From NCBI RefSeq assembly GCF_000143415.4, contig NW_003314345.1, positions 18,574 through 82,573 of the forward strand: DNA of 64,000 nt, read 5' to 3'. Below, piece after piece: positions 24,888 through 37,243 of the stretch. The DNA comes from Selaginella moellendorffii. Its lineage: Eukaryota > Plantae > Lycopodiophyta. Numbering within the stretch: position 1 is the stretch's first letter; each line of letters starts with the position of its first letter. Below the pieces are notes generated by a model. The model did not search any database. It saw only the letters and a program-made list of their open reading frames with translations, and was not told the origin of the DNA. The position numbers and the translations under genes were made by a program.

Positions 24888-26318
24888 TCAGTACACACCA
24901 GACACGAACTCGCCGCTGCTCTCCACGTCCGGGTCAATGTCGTTGTCCAGCTCCAATTCCAATCCCATATCATCCAGCAGGTCCCCAGGAATCCCTCCAG
25001 TCTTTGCCTCCGCGATGATTCTCATGATGTCCTCCACGCTTTGCTGATTGGTGTCGTCGAATTCGTAGCTTGCGTCCGCTCCTTGCAACAAGTCGATTGG
25101 AAGGTTCTTAAGAAACCATGGGTGGCGCATGATCTCAGGGATGGTGATTCTCTGTTTAACAGATGGAATTGTAGAAGCTTAGTTTGAGTAGTCTAGTACC
25201 TTGGATGGATTTGCAACAAAGATGCGAGAGAGTAAATGCCGGCAGTCGCTGGAAATCCGCACATAATCTGGGATTGAATACTGCACGCTAAGAATTCTCT
25301 GCCAAAGGAAGAATACAGACCGAAAGAATGAAAACAATCACGACGCAATGGACTTACACCAATTGTCTTTCTGAAGTTGCGAGGATCCTCAGGATCCTCA
25401 AACGGATACGCTCCTACAAGCATCACGTACAGGGTTACACCACACGACCACACATCTGCAATCTGGGATCCAAGAGAGAAAATAACGGATTAAACAAAGA
25501 CAGCAACTAATTTCGGGAACTTGCCTTGCCATCGTATTCTTTTCGAGACAACACCTCCGGAGCAATGTATGCAGGGGTTCCCACGGTCGACTTTGGTTGA
25601 GAATGCAACACGGCTGACTGTAACGCAAGAAGAAGAGGTTGAAGCCGCTGCTCAAATCGACGTTACCTTCGAGTAGCCGAAGTCACAGATCTTAAGACGT
25701 GGTGCGGGGCTCCCATCGAGTAAGGTGTTTTCCAGCTTGAGATCTCGATGGCATATTTCCTGCTCATGAACTCATAGAGACAATGGGAAACACCAGGAAT
25801 TTACATACGTTTTGATGACAGTAACTGACACCCGATATAAGTTGCTGGAAGAAAAACCTGGCCTGTTTACCAAGGAAAGTTGATCAGCAAAACAATTCAA
25901 CACAAGATTTTCTACACCTCGTCTTCGCTAAATCTTCCCGCATTGCAAATGCGCTCAAAGAGCTCCCCGCCCGCCGCGTACTCCATAGCAATCGCCAAGT
26001 GTGTAGGAGTAAGCATAACCTGGAAGTAATTGTCTGGAAAAACAGAGAAGAAACGCGCATTTCGGTAAATTTTACCTCCTTGAAGCGAATGATGTTGGGA
26101 TGTCTCAGTGACCGGTGATTTATGATCTCCCGCTGAACATTCTCATCAATCTGGATGGATCCAACTTTGACTCTCCATTTCCAGTTCTGTTAGATTACCT
26201 TCTCGCCACGCTCGATGAATTTGACAGCCACAAGCTCCCCTGTTTCCTTCTCACGCATTAGCCGTGCTATGCCGAAGTTTCCAGACCCTATATCTTGCAC
26301 GAATTCGAATCTATCCAT
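24888..26318 (-). CDS. SnRK2: SNF1-related protein kinase 2, subclass III-like (multi-exon)
   Basis: [22 protein letters not shown]; [15 protein letters not shown]; [29 protein letters not shown]; [13 protein letters not shown]; acidic tail ending DVESSGEFV. Confidence 0.96.
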
Positions 26319-26845
26319 TTTAACTCCACTCTTTCATTCCGAAGACCTATCTCAGTGGAGTAGGCAAATTCTACAAGTACACATGGCCTCGCGTTGAAAG
26401 TTGCGCGTGGCGTACATTATGCGTTTTGTGATTTGTATAATACTGTGGAGATCTCTTTTATTATTTTAAGAGATCTTAACGGACTAGTATGCTTATAATA
26501 TAAACCATCTAATTTATACTTTTTTGCCTTTCTTAAATAGATGGACACGGGGTTGTGCATCAGGTCCTACAAGCTTCTTTCTCAGTTTGTTTGTCTCGTC
26601 ATAGATTCTGATCAGGTACGGTGAGCGGGGATCCCTGGGTGTTGGTCGACATAGAAGCGGGCATCTGTGCCGCCGCTTCGCCTTGGGCTACGGCCGATGT
26701 ACAGAAGCCTTGTCAAGCCCCAAGGCAAGGTGACTCCACTTCACGCACGTGGATCATGATGTGCTGTTTGGCAGCCGTTGCTCGGATTGTGCACCAGGTA
26801 GATCGCGGTATAGGCCTCAGGGAATTGATATCAAGCCACCAACGC

Positions 26846-27257
26846 CGTCCACCGGATTGTTGGAAAGCTACTGCTTGTCCACGAACGTTCACTTTAGACA
26901 GACGGCCAGGCTCATAGCGCCCTCATTGCAGCAGGCAAGGAGTACGAGCTGCTGATTTTCCCGGATGAAAGACACATGCGCAGGGGGCTGCGGGACCGAA
27001 TGTATGTGAGTTTTTGGACAGACATTTCTCGAGAACTTGAGTTGGCGCCTGTTCTCGCTCGGTGCATGACGGAGCTAAACTCGTAGCCTGCCTGGTTCGT
27101 CGCCGGGGATCCCATAAACTTCTCCGTGTAGAAGGTGTCTGTATCCATCCCAAGCCTGCACGCTAGTGACAACCTCTTGATCTTCACCTCTAGATATTTG
27201 ATCGCTCCTTCGACCTTGACAACCGTGGGAGTGCTCGCCGAGGCCTTAAGCTGTTTC
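26846..27257. pseudogene. Scrambled partial duplicate of the neighbouring dipeptidyl peptidase 3' end
   Basis: 26846-27043 is an inverted copy of ~28953-29288 with deletions; 27061-27257 is a direct copy of ~29290-29630 with deletions and a 36-bp micro-inversion. Confidence 0.9.
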
Positions 27258-27408
27258 GTTGGGCGTGCCGTACTTTACCAGTTGCTGTCTGCAGATGTTT
27301 TAGATCATGAGCATGACTTCAAGTTATTTAAATAATTCTTCTTGGAGTATTAGACTTCTTCTTGGAGTAGAAGTGTTTATTCTCTCTATTGGCTTGGTAT
27401 TGTGGACA

Positions 27409-27910
27409 ATGGAGCCACCAGAGAGCTACGAGATAATGTTCTTCGTTCTCCATTCCATATGTGATCAAGCAAACTGGGAATACTCAATATTCTAGCAAAG
27501 GCGAACAAGCCAATCCACGTTGATGAGATCTGTGCCATTCTCCAAGCTGCAACAGGCCAGGCCCACAACCTAGAAATTGTGAAGGCTCATGCAATCTCTT
27601 TGCAGGAAGAACATATTTGATGAGCAGCCTGTGGGAGTCTTTGGGCACAACTCTCTATCTCGATAGCTCATACACGGTGCGCTCGCATCCTTATTGCTGT
27701 TGACAACCTCAGAGGCAGCGGAAGTTGCTTGGCACCATCTGCACGAACTGGCTTTGGATGTGACTTCGTCTTCAACTTCTGCATTTGCCAGGGCGCATGA
27801 GAAAAGCGTTTTTGAATTTGTTGCGAACGACAATGGTTTTGCAGGTTTATGGTTGGCACTGGCCTAAAAGTGTCAAAAATTGTGCAAACCTTTCCACACA
27901 TCATCCACAA
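27409..27910 (+). pseudogene. Class II (COMT-like) O-methyltransferase pseudogene, N-terminal half
   Basis: Frame-shifted LGILNILAKANKPIHVDEI..RLMQSLCRKNIFDEQPVGVFGHNSLS*..AWHHLHE..SAFARAHEKSVFEF..IVQTFPHI. Confidence 0.7.
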
Positions 27911-29068
27911 ACTATTGCAAGTGGCACTCCAAACATTCCCAGCTTCTCCCTCTCCAGCTCTCTCTTAATAGCTTTCTTGAATTGTTTGAGGGGATGCAAT
28001 ATACATGCAGGTGTGTGTATGCTCAAGATAAAAGATGATAGATTCTAATAGCTTAAAATTTGCAAATGGTTCTACACAATTCGAACGACGAAAAGGTGGG
28101 ATCATGGACCATATTAGATCCACACTAGAAGGCACCCCTCGATCCAGAGAAAGAGCTGCTCGCGTCGCAAGGCTTAAACGTCAATTTGAAACATCTCCCT
28201 GCAATCAAGTTTGCAGCTGTCATCGAGGCCTACAAATAAGAAAAGTATCTGGAATAAATCGTGTAGAGGTATTTGTCACCTTTTGTCAAAAAGTTGGTGG
28301 ACGACACTCATCGTCAACAACTCAACCAAGAAAAATCTCTAAGAGCATCTCTAAAAAGAATACTATTTAAGATATAAGGTAGTTATGACCGAGTATTGGA
28401 CCGTCTCGGAAGGCGCGGCAACCCGAACCCGCTGGGGACCAAATTGAGAGAAGAATATTCACTGAAAATGCGTCTTTTGTGCTGTTGCATGGCTTAATAG
28501 ATGGAGATGTGTCCAATTGCAGTGAAAGCTTTAGGTTGTGTGAGGAATGTGAAGGTGGCTTGTGTCATCTTTCGGGGACGATTTTTTATAGAATGCGGAA
28601 GGTTCCTTCTCGTGATTCGTGAGCGTCGTTTTGTCTCTAGTCGGTTATGGTACGTGGTGAGCGAGTGCCAGGCGCCCGGTTCAAGGTCGATCTGATCTCC
28701 ACATCGGGCACCAGATCGACCTTAAACCGGGCATCTGTGCCTCGGAGTTCCTTCAGCCCAAGGGTTGATAGAGGTCGTGGCTGCGTTGAATAGATTGTTC
28801 TTTCTCGTAATTCGCGAGCTTCGTTTTGTCTCTAGTCGGTCATGGTACGCGGTGAGATCATCGACCATAACCTTGCAGCCCAGCCGAGCGGCCGGATCCA
28901 GGAGAACACCAAAGCCCACTGATCAGAATCTTCAACGAGACAAAATCTCTTTCAACTCAAGTTCTCAGAGAAGAGCAAGGTGTGAGAGTTTGTCGTTGAG
29001 GTGCAACTTCCGGTAGAATGAAGCTTCGGATGTATAGAATATATAAATCAATCTGTGGGAGAGTTTTT

Positions 29069-31780
29069 CTACGATAAATGTCTGTCCAAAAACTCACAAA
29101 TGCGCTCCTCCATGTACATTCGGTCCCGCAGCCCCCTGGGCATGTGTCTTTCATCCGGGAAAATCAGCAGCTCGTACTCCTTGCCTGCTGCGATGAGGGC
29201 GTTGATGAGCCTGGCCGTGTGTCTAAAGTGAACGTTCTCGTCGATCATCCCATGGACAAGCAGTAGCTTTCCAACAATCCGGTGGACGTGGTGCATGACG
29301 GAGCTAAACTCGTAGCCTGCCTGGTTCGTTGCCGGGGATCCCATAAACTTCTCCGTGTAGAAGGTATCGTATCCATCCCAAGCTGTCACGGGAGCCCCGG
29401 CTACTGCGCATCGAAACGTCTCAGGGCAGCGAGCCAGCGCCATGGCTGCCAAGTAGCCGCCGTAGCTCCACCCGTAGATTCCAATCTTGCCCGGCTTGGC
29501 CAGCCCCTGCCGGATTAGCCACTGCACGCCAGCCTCTTGATCTTCGACGTCTACATGCCCCATGCTGTATTTGATAGCTCCTTCGAACTTAAGGCCTCGC
29601 CGAGCACTCCCACGGTTGTCAAGCTGTTTCAAGTCCATCATATGTCAAGCAAGAAACGATCTGAAGACCAGAAGCAGCTCACCTTCCAGACCAGAATTCC
29701 TCTACTGCGGAGGTACTGCGCTCTCATGTCCACCGTGTTCGTCCATGAGCTGCAAACCGTCTGGACATTGGGGCCTCCATAGACGCTAACGACGGTCTTG
29801 TAAGGTGGCGGCCCAAACTCTTTCACGTCGGGCTTGTACATCGCGCCATGCAGGCTGGTGCCGTCGTTGGCGGTGATCTGGACGAGCTCTGGCGACGCCA
29901 GCCGCAGCTTCCGTGTCCAGGGCGTCAAAGCCGGCTGCTCGAAAATGGGAACTATAAGCCTGCCGTCGGCGAGCGAGCACAGCAGCACGCACGGCGGCCT
30001 CTCCAGCGAGTCGTGGATGTCCACAAAGTGCTGCATTTGGTGGTCGAGCACCACCAGATGCCTGCCTTCGCCTCTCGTCAGTCGCTTGACATGGCCGCCG
30101 CCACTCGCCGCCGCCGGCAACAGGCGTGTGCTATACAAGTGTGTCTCCAGTGGACTGTCCAAGGTGGCGGTGAAGTAGACAACGCCCGCTTCTTCATCCA
30201 CACCCGCAATCTGCTCGACCATCCACTGCCCCTGCGTCACCGCTCCCAAGCAGAAGCCAGTGCCGTCATACAGGTAGAGGTGTCGAAAGCCGCTTCTCTC
30301 ACTGGCCCAGATGAATCCCCCGGCCAGGCGGCCGGTCCCCTTGTGGAGTGGAGTGAAGCAGTCGTGTAAGTTGATCCACACGTCGCTCGTCTCCTGGAGA
30401 AGAAGTGCCCGCCTGCCTGTCCTGGAATCAAACTTGAGCAGCTTGAGCTTGGAGTGATCCCGGCTCAGCACCTGTACCGCGAGGGAGTTGTCGGGCATCC
30501 ACATGACTCTGGCCAAGTATTCCTCCTCCTCGCTCGTCCCACACTCGAGGTCCATCCATGTAATCTGGCCAGCCGCCGCCACGGGAACCACACCCAGGCG
30601 TAGCTTCACGTTGGACTGGCCGGCAAACGGGTATGCGTGATCTTCTTCCGCGTCACCTCCCACACTGGGCTTGCCTTGGTGCATTATCCTGAACGGGGGT
30701 ATTGCGGATCCGTCCACTTCCGTGAAAGCAATGAACTTACTGTCCGAAGACCACCAAAAGCCATTCCTTCTGTCCATCTCCTCCTGCCAGCAGCGAGATA
30801 TTTTAAACTCTTGAGAAGACAGGAAGCCAAAGAGAGAGTGACACACACATACCTGAGCAATGTACTCCGCAAGTCCATGTGTCTGTCCCCAGGGAAAAAC
30901 GTAAAGAATAGAATAAGCAATGATAGTAAGAAAGAGAGAGAGAGATGGATACCTTCCCGGATGATCTCGCATTGTGAGTAATCCGCCTTGGCTCGGCGTA
31001 AGTAATGGGGACAACGTGGATCTCGTCGTCCCGGACGTAAGCAATGGATAGACCATCGGGAGACAACTGAGGATCGATAATTGGAGACCACGAAGTGCTG
31101 GCCACCCTCAATCTCAGCTCCGCTCCAAGCCCATCCTGCACGTAGATCTGGCCAAGAACAAACCCAAGATGATTTGTGAGTGAATGAAATCATGAAGAGA
31201 TGCTTACTCCGCCAGGAAGAGGAACCATGAGATGCGCAGTGGCGGCGCAAGCTCCAGCGCTCTTGGCCCACTCGTAGCGCGTCACTCCCAGCCCCCGCTC
31301 GCGCAGCCTCTCCCTGCGCAGCTTCTCGGGCGTGGAGAGATTGCACTCGTCGACGCCGCCATTGGGTGGCGACACGAGCAGCAGCTGCTGGCGCGTCTCG
31401 GGATCGAACGCAAAGATCTTCCTGCTCAGGGTGGCATCGGGGCTGAAGAGGAAGGAGACGAGCTTGTCATCGGGGCTGAACGCGACGGAGGAGGGAGCCA
31501 CGAATCCGGGCAGTGGATTCTGGACAATGTCTTCCACCGGGAACAAGCTCGCCGTAGCAATGTCGTCGGCGCTGCTGTGGCTGTCAGTGGCGGGCATAGT
31601 GGCGGAGGAAGGTATGGTGCAAGCCCTCTTGTTGGCACTGGATCCTTTACCTCCTCCTCCTCCTAGGCCATCCTCCTCTTCTTCTTCTTCCTCCTCCTGT
31701 GCTAGCTGCTTGGTCGCCTCGGTTGCTGGTGCTGCTCTGGGCGTGGGCGTGGCGGCTAGAGCGCATTCCCCAGAGTGCAT
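29069..31780 (-). CDS. Dipeptidyl peptidase 8/9-like (S9B) serine peptidase (multi-exon)
   Basis: EEMDR motif, catalytic GWSYGG, IDENVHF and DERH; beta-propeller region. Confidence 0.95.
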
Positions 31781-32291
31781 TCCACAAAGATTTCCTATCT
31801 GACCTCTCTTCTCCCAACCCTAGATTGTCCCTGTGTGACCTAATGCCCCGTGTCCTCTTTATCTTACCAGTGAGTGCCACTCCGCCATCCCGCCAGCAAA
31901 CGGCCAACGGGGCTGCACACTCTAGCACATTGGAGTATAAAATGCACATGTAAGTAGATTATTGGTTGTTAAAAAGATTATTGTAACACAAACTATAAAT
32001 ATGTGAATCTGCCAAGTTTAAGTAAATTTGATAGTAATTTCTGTTTGAACATTGACATTAAGAAGTATTATATATTATTAATAAAATTTAAATAAAAATA
32101 TCATTCTGTATAATAAAATTTTGAGGCATTTATTTCCTAAAATGTAATTCATATTATGTGAGTGCATCAAATATAGAAAATGAATAAAACATATACATTG
32201 TGAGTGCTTGGAATATGGAAAGGGAATACAGAAAATGTGCATATCAATTAGCCCAAAAACCCTAGTTTATATACAAGAGTGAGTGGTCCAG

Positions 32292-32992
32292 TGTAAGCTC
32301 CTGAGTTTAGAGTTCCCGGAAGGTCACCCAGCCTAGTACTATTCAAACCCAAGGACGTTTAACCCCAAATATCCCAAAACCCTTAACTGATTGAAAAAGG
32401 GGGTGCACTCTTATTCATGAGCCCTTTCCTTTTATATTTGAACCCCATGGACCGTTTCTCAAGTTGTTCTCTTTAGTTATTTACAATCCACCATGCTTCC
32501 TTGCAAGTTCACGCCCTCGTGAACAGAAGTTGAGAGCCGTAGCTCTCCCGAGAGCCCCGCTCTCTTGACACCCTACCCCTCGGGAGCAAACTGGACCAGC
32601 TAGATGTTGATTCCATGCTTCCTTGCAAGTTCACGCCCTCGTGAACGGAAGTTGAGAGCCGTAGCTCTCCCGAGAGCCCCGCTCTCTTGACACCCTACCC
32701 CTCGGGAGCAAACTGGACCAGCTAGATGTCAATCAACATGTGGTATAATTCCCCTAGCCAACCAAGAGAGTCGGACCTGAGACCGCTCCGATACCAAATG
32801 TAAGCTCCTGAGTTTAGACTTCTCGAGAGGTCACCCAGCCCAGTACTATTTAAACCCAAAGACACTTAACCCCAAGTATCCCAAGACTTTTAACCGATTG
32901 GAAAAGGAGGTGCACTTTTATTCATGGGCCCTTTCCTTCTATATTTGAACCCTATGGACCGTCTCTCAAGTCGTTCTCTTTGGTTGCTTACA
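32292..32992 (-). mobile_element. Cassandra-type TRIM copy 1 (5S rRNA domain in LTRs), inserted in the 3' LTR of B
   Basis: 194-bp TG..CA LTRs 32292-32485 and 32799-32992; tRNAiMet PBS 32785-32798; 5S-like block in each LTR; degenerate TSD TCCAG/TTCAA; empty site visible in B's other LTR. Confidence 0.88.
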
Positions 32993-35900
32993 TTCAAATT
33001 GAAACCAATCTAACGGCTACCAAAATCCCACTATACTAATATTAGTATACGGCATCGTAGCCGTACACTTGGCCCTTGTATCATCCCCTCCTCTCAGAAT
33101 AATGGAAGACCATCAGGGTTCTCTTGTAGATGAGCCGAAATCTAGAGGAACGTCAGGAGGAGGCATTGGCGGATCTGTAGGTGGTATTAACTGTTCCTGA
33201 TCCCTTTGTATGAAGCGTTTCAACCGCTGCACATGCACAATCTCTGGAGGATTGGCATGCTAGACATCATGCCGAACCTCATACACTTGTGGTTCAACTT
33301 GCTGCAACACCCGATATAGTCCTTTCCACTGCGCAAGGAGCCCCTTAGATAAACCACATACTATAAGATGGGGAAAATGGACTAACACCAAATCATCCAC
33401 TTTGTACTCCGCAGGTGGACGATGATGGGAGTTGTACTGCTGTTGTTGTCCCACTTGTACACGGCCTAAGTGTTCGGCAAACTCCGCTCGGACAAGTGGA
33501 AGGATGCTCGTCAAATACTGATCCCACGACCTAGCATCGGCAGCTCATGGCAATCGTGAAGGTAAACCCAGCTCTGTTGGTAATATTGGATCATGATCAT
33601 ATAGGAGTTTATATAGTGAAGCACTAATAGAACTCTACACCCCTGTGACATATGCATACCGAAGAGACAACAAATAACCATCCCAATCCGAATGTTGAAA
33701 GTTCACATACTTCGCAATCATCCCCTTGAATGTCCGAACGAGCCGTTCCACCAGACCGTCTGATTGTGGATGATAAGCACTCGTGAAAGTGTGGCATATC
33801 CCCAACCGAGACGTCAAAATATGAAATGCTTCAGCCATAAAGGCGGGACCATTATCTAAAAGAATCTGCTTTGGACAAGAATGCTGGAACACCACATGAT
33901 TGAGGAGGAAGTATCCAACAGTAGTTGCAGAGGTGCTAGCAAGAGCACCAACTTCCACCCAACGAGTTAAGTAGTCAGAAGTAACAATAACATACTCATT
34001 GCCAACAATCAACCGTAGAAAAGGTCCCATAAGATCAAACGCCACCAACTCAAATGGACGGGAACCTGAAATTGACTCCAACCGTCCTTCTGCAGCCCGA
34101 GGGGGAGTATTACGAGCTTGGCACCAAACACAACTACGCACATACTGGATAATATCATGTTACATCTTCGGCCAATAGAAAGACCTGCGCAGCTTCTCGG
34201 TTACACGATGATGTCACCTAGAACTGGAGAATCATGGTAGGCATGGAGAAACCATGGAATAAAGATAGAAGGCACCACCAGTCGTAAATGATCATTAGAA
34301 TCCGTCCCCACAAAATAAAGAAGGCCAGTTTCAAGGCGATATTGAGAATGTAAATGCCGGAAAGGCAAGTCATCAGCAAGTGATGCAGGATTCTCAAACC
34401 CATCTCGAAGCCTTCAAATCCATGGCTCAATCTGTTGAGCCTCGCAAACCTCATCAAGAGAAGGTAGATCTTGCTCTGTGCCTTGTGGACACTGAACGTC
34501 AAGTACAGTAATGGCCAACGGTATAGAATCCTCATTTAGAAAATCCACAAAGGCTGGAACAACAGGCTCGTCAGAAACATGAGAAGAGAATGGAGAAGGA
34601 AGAGGAGCTCGAGAAAGGGCATTAGCATCAGCCATAGAACTCCCTAGGTGATGAACAACATCAAAATCATATATCTGCAACTTCAAATCCCATCGAGTAG
34701 TATGACCAACGAGGTTCTTCTGCTTCAATAATGAAGTAACAGCAGCATGATCACCTTCAACTAACGTTCGAGAACCATGTAGATAAGCATGAAGTTTCTC
34801 AAAACCCCAAACTACTACTAAACACTTCTTCTCTGTCGTGGAGTAGTTCATTTAGGCTGGTTGTAATGTACGGCTTATATACACAATAGGATGGCACTGA
34901 CCTGTAAGCCACAAATTTTTCCTTTCTAATTTGCCAGCTTACCTCGTCTATCCGACCAACACTACCTTGGCTTGTGCTAAGTTCCCTTGCCAAGGTTCTC
35001 GCCTATTGTACTAGCTCCTCTTTGCCATAAACCCATTCACATACTCCTGAATGGTTCCGGTCTGCTTCAGCCTACTCAGCTCGTCTCTTAGATGCAGAGT
35101 AGCATTCGGAGGAACGTAAGTCGTGCGGATCCTCGCCTTCATCATTTCCCAAGTGGCCACTGGTCCTTCGTTGGCCTCTGTCGTTCTCCACCAAGACTTG
35201 GCATTATCTGCCAAGTATGGTTTTGCATATGGGACCTTCTCCGAGCTTGGTAACCGCAACGCTCGGAAGTAGTCCTCCATATCATAAAATCAGTCCTCCA
35301 CCACCTTATAGTCATTCACTCCCTTGAAGACCGGTGTAGGCTTTGGTTTGTACTTGGGAACTGCCTGAGGGACTGATTCCACTTCGGTCTGTTCAACCTT
35401 GTCTGGTTTTTCCTCAGTCCCTACCGAAGGGTCCGCACCTTCTGCACTGCCAGCATCCATAGTCTTTCACTCTTTCTTCCGCTTCTCGTCACGCTTTAAC
35501 TTGCGTACGAGAGTCTCCAGCAGGGCATTGGTCTACGCCAATTATCCTTCTAGAACGTCGAATCGAGCCTTGGACGACCGAACCTCGCCACCAGACTCCT
35601 GTTTGGAAGTTTCCTCACTGGAGTCCTCCTCATGTATGGATTCCTCATCCATAGCCTCTTGTTCGACTGGAGGCTCCAACTCTGGCAGAGGTTCCGTCTC
35701 TGCCTGGGTTTGCTTACGCCCTGCCTTTGCTATCTCCCAGCAATCCGCCTCTATCCTTCGCTAGAACTGAGGAAAATGCTCCGATACCAAATTGTAAGCC
35801 ACAAATTTTTCCTTTCTAGTTTGCCAGCTTACCTCGTCTATCCGACCAACACTGCCTTGGCTTGTGCTAAGTTCCCTCGCCAAGGTTCTTGCCTATTGTA

Positions 35901-36233
35901 CTAGCTCCTACTTGGTCCTACTTGGTTTCAACTACTCACTGCACGAGCAATGGAGCGTTAGCCTTCCATCCACGGATTCCCAAATCTCTCCCAATCCCTT
36001 TCCCCGGATTAGACTGGACTTAAGGTTCGGCTACACTCCCCAACAGCCAAACACACCAAGCCATCCAGGTTCCTAACACCCCTTGGTGCAACAAGACTTG
36101 ATCATAGGACCCTCTAAATCCCAAGCCTCGGGTGTAACACTTGCTTCGGGACATCGGGGCGAAACACCGTGGCCTAACGGCCCAGTATAGGTACCTCTAG
36201 CCCCCCACTTCCATCCCGAAGGGAAGGCCCAAG

Positions 36234-36874
36234 TGTAGCGCACCTTATCTCTCTCCCCTTAAGCCAACTGGAAAAGGGGCAATTGCTTAATGAGAGAGCC
36301 TTTAGTGGCTATTTTATCCCCATTTATCTCCCAAGGTTCCAAGGATCCACGGTGACAGTATATCCAAATCTCATCCCATAATCACATGCGCTACACTCAC
36401 CCCCCCTTCAAAGATGTCAATATCCTCATTGACTATTGACTAACAACCCCTACTGAGCCAAGGGGAACCAGCATTTGTGTAGACCAGCTATTCCATGTGA
36501 GGCAATTAGTCATCCATCCGTACTGCAGTCCCACGGTGGATACCTTCGTCCGTGGATACTCCACACAAGAGGAAGGACGTACGCATGGATGCCCAATACA
36601 TACAATTTCAAATTTAGGGGTAGGAATATACCTTGCTCAAGGGTATATTATACTTTTAAGTAGCCACTAATCAATGAGAATTGAACCCGTGCCATTTGCT
36701 CTGATACCAACTGTAGCGCACTTTATCTCTCTCCCCTTAAGCCAACTGGAAAAAGGGCAATTGCTTGATAAGAGAGCCCTTAGTGGCTATTTTATCCCCA
36801 TTTTATCTCCCAAGGTTCCAAGGATCCACGGTGACAGTATATCCAAATCTCATCCCATGATCACATGCGCTACT
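36234..36874 (-). mobile_element. TRIM E inserted in the LTR of D
   Basis: ~162-bp LTRs (36234-36395, 36712-36874) with TGTAGCGCA/TGCGCTACA ends; tRNAiMet PBS 36698-36709; PPT 36396-36409; TSD CCAAG. Confidence 0.93.
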
Positions 36875-37243
36875 CCAAGCCCCTAGGAAGGGCGAGGACC
36901 AATGAGCCATAAGGTACTCAAGTGGGGCACCACTCCACATGAGCCGGGAGCACCGTAGTCGGTTTCCCTTTCGGGAGTGGGAGCTGCTTTTGAGCACTTC
37001 CTTGGGTGGCCCCTCCGGCACCACCCAAGCCTATACTCACTCCCACCCAAGGCCCCTCGGCCCCAATCTCAACCTCAAGTCAGTTTCGAAGCACCACTGG
37101 AGAGTTCCTTCAAGACTAGTTCCTGAACCTCACTATCCCTACTATACTTTTGGAACCCCCTGCAGACCTCGCCCCCCCCCCCCCCCTCCCCTGGGAGATG
37201 CATGCTTTGGGCTTTCACCCCTTGACCCGTATTAGTATTTGGA

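Noticed and set aside
28035-28370. 111-aa ORF as a gene
   Set aside because: No recognisable domain or splice structure; lies within a decayed fragment region
35864-36076. Repeated small ORF LSSLAKVLAYCTSSYLVLLGF (also 37767-37988, 52110-52355)
   Set aside because: Non-ATG start, variable ends; conservation simply reflects LTR copies
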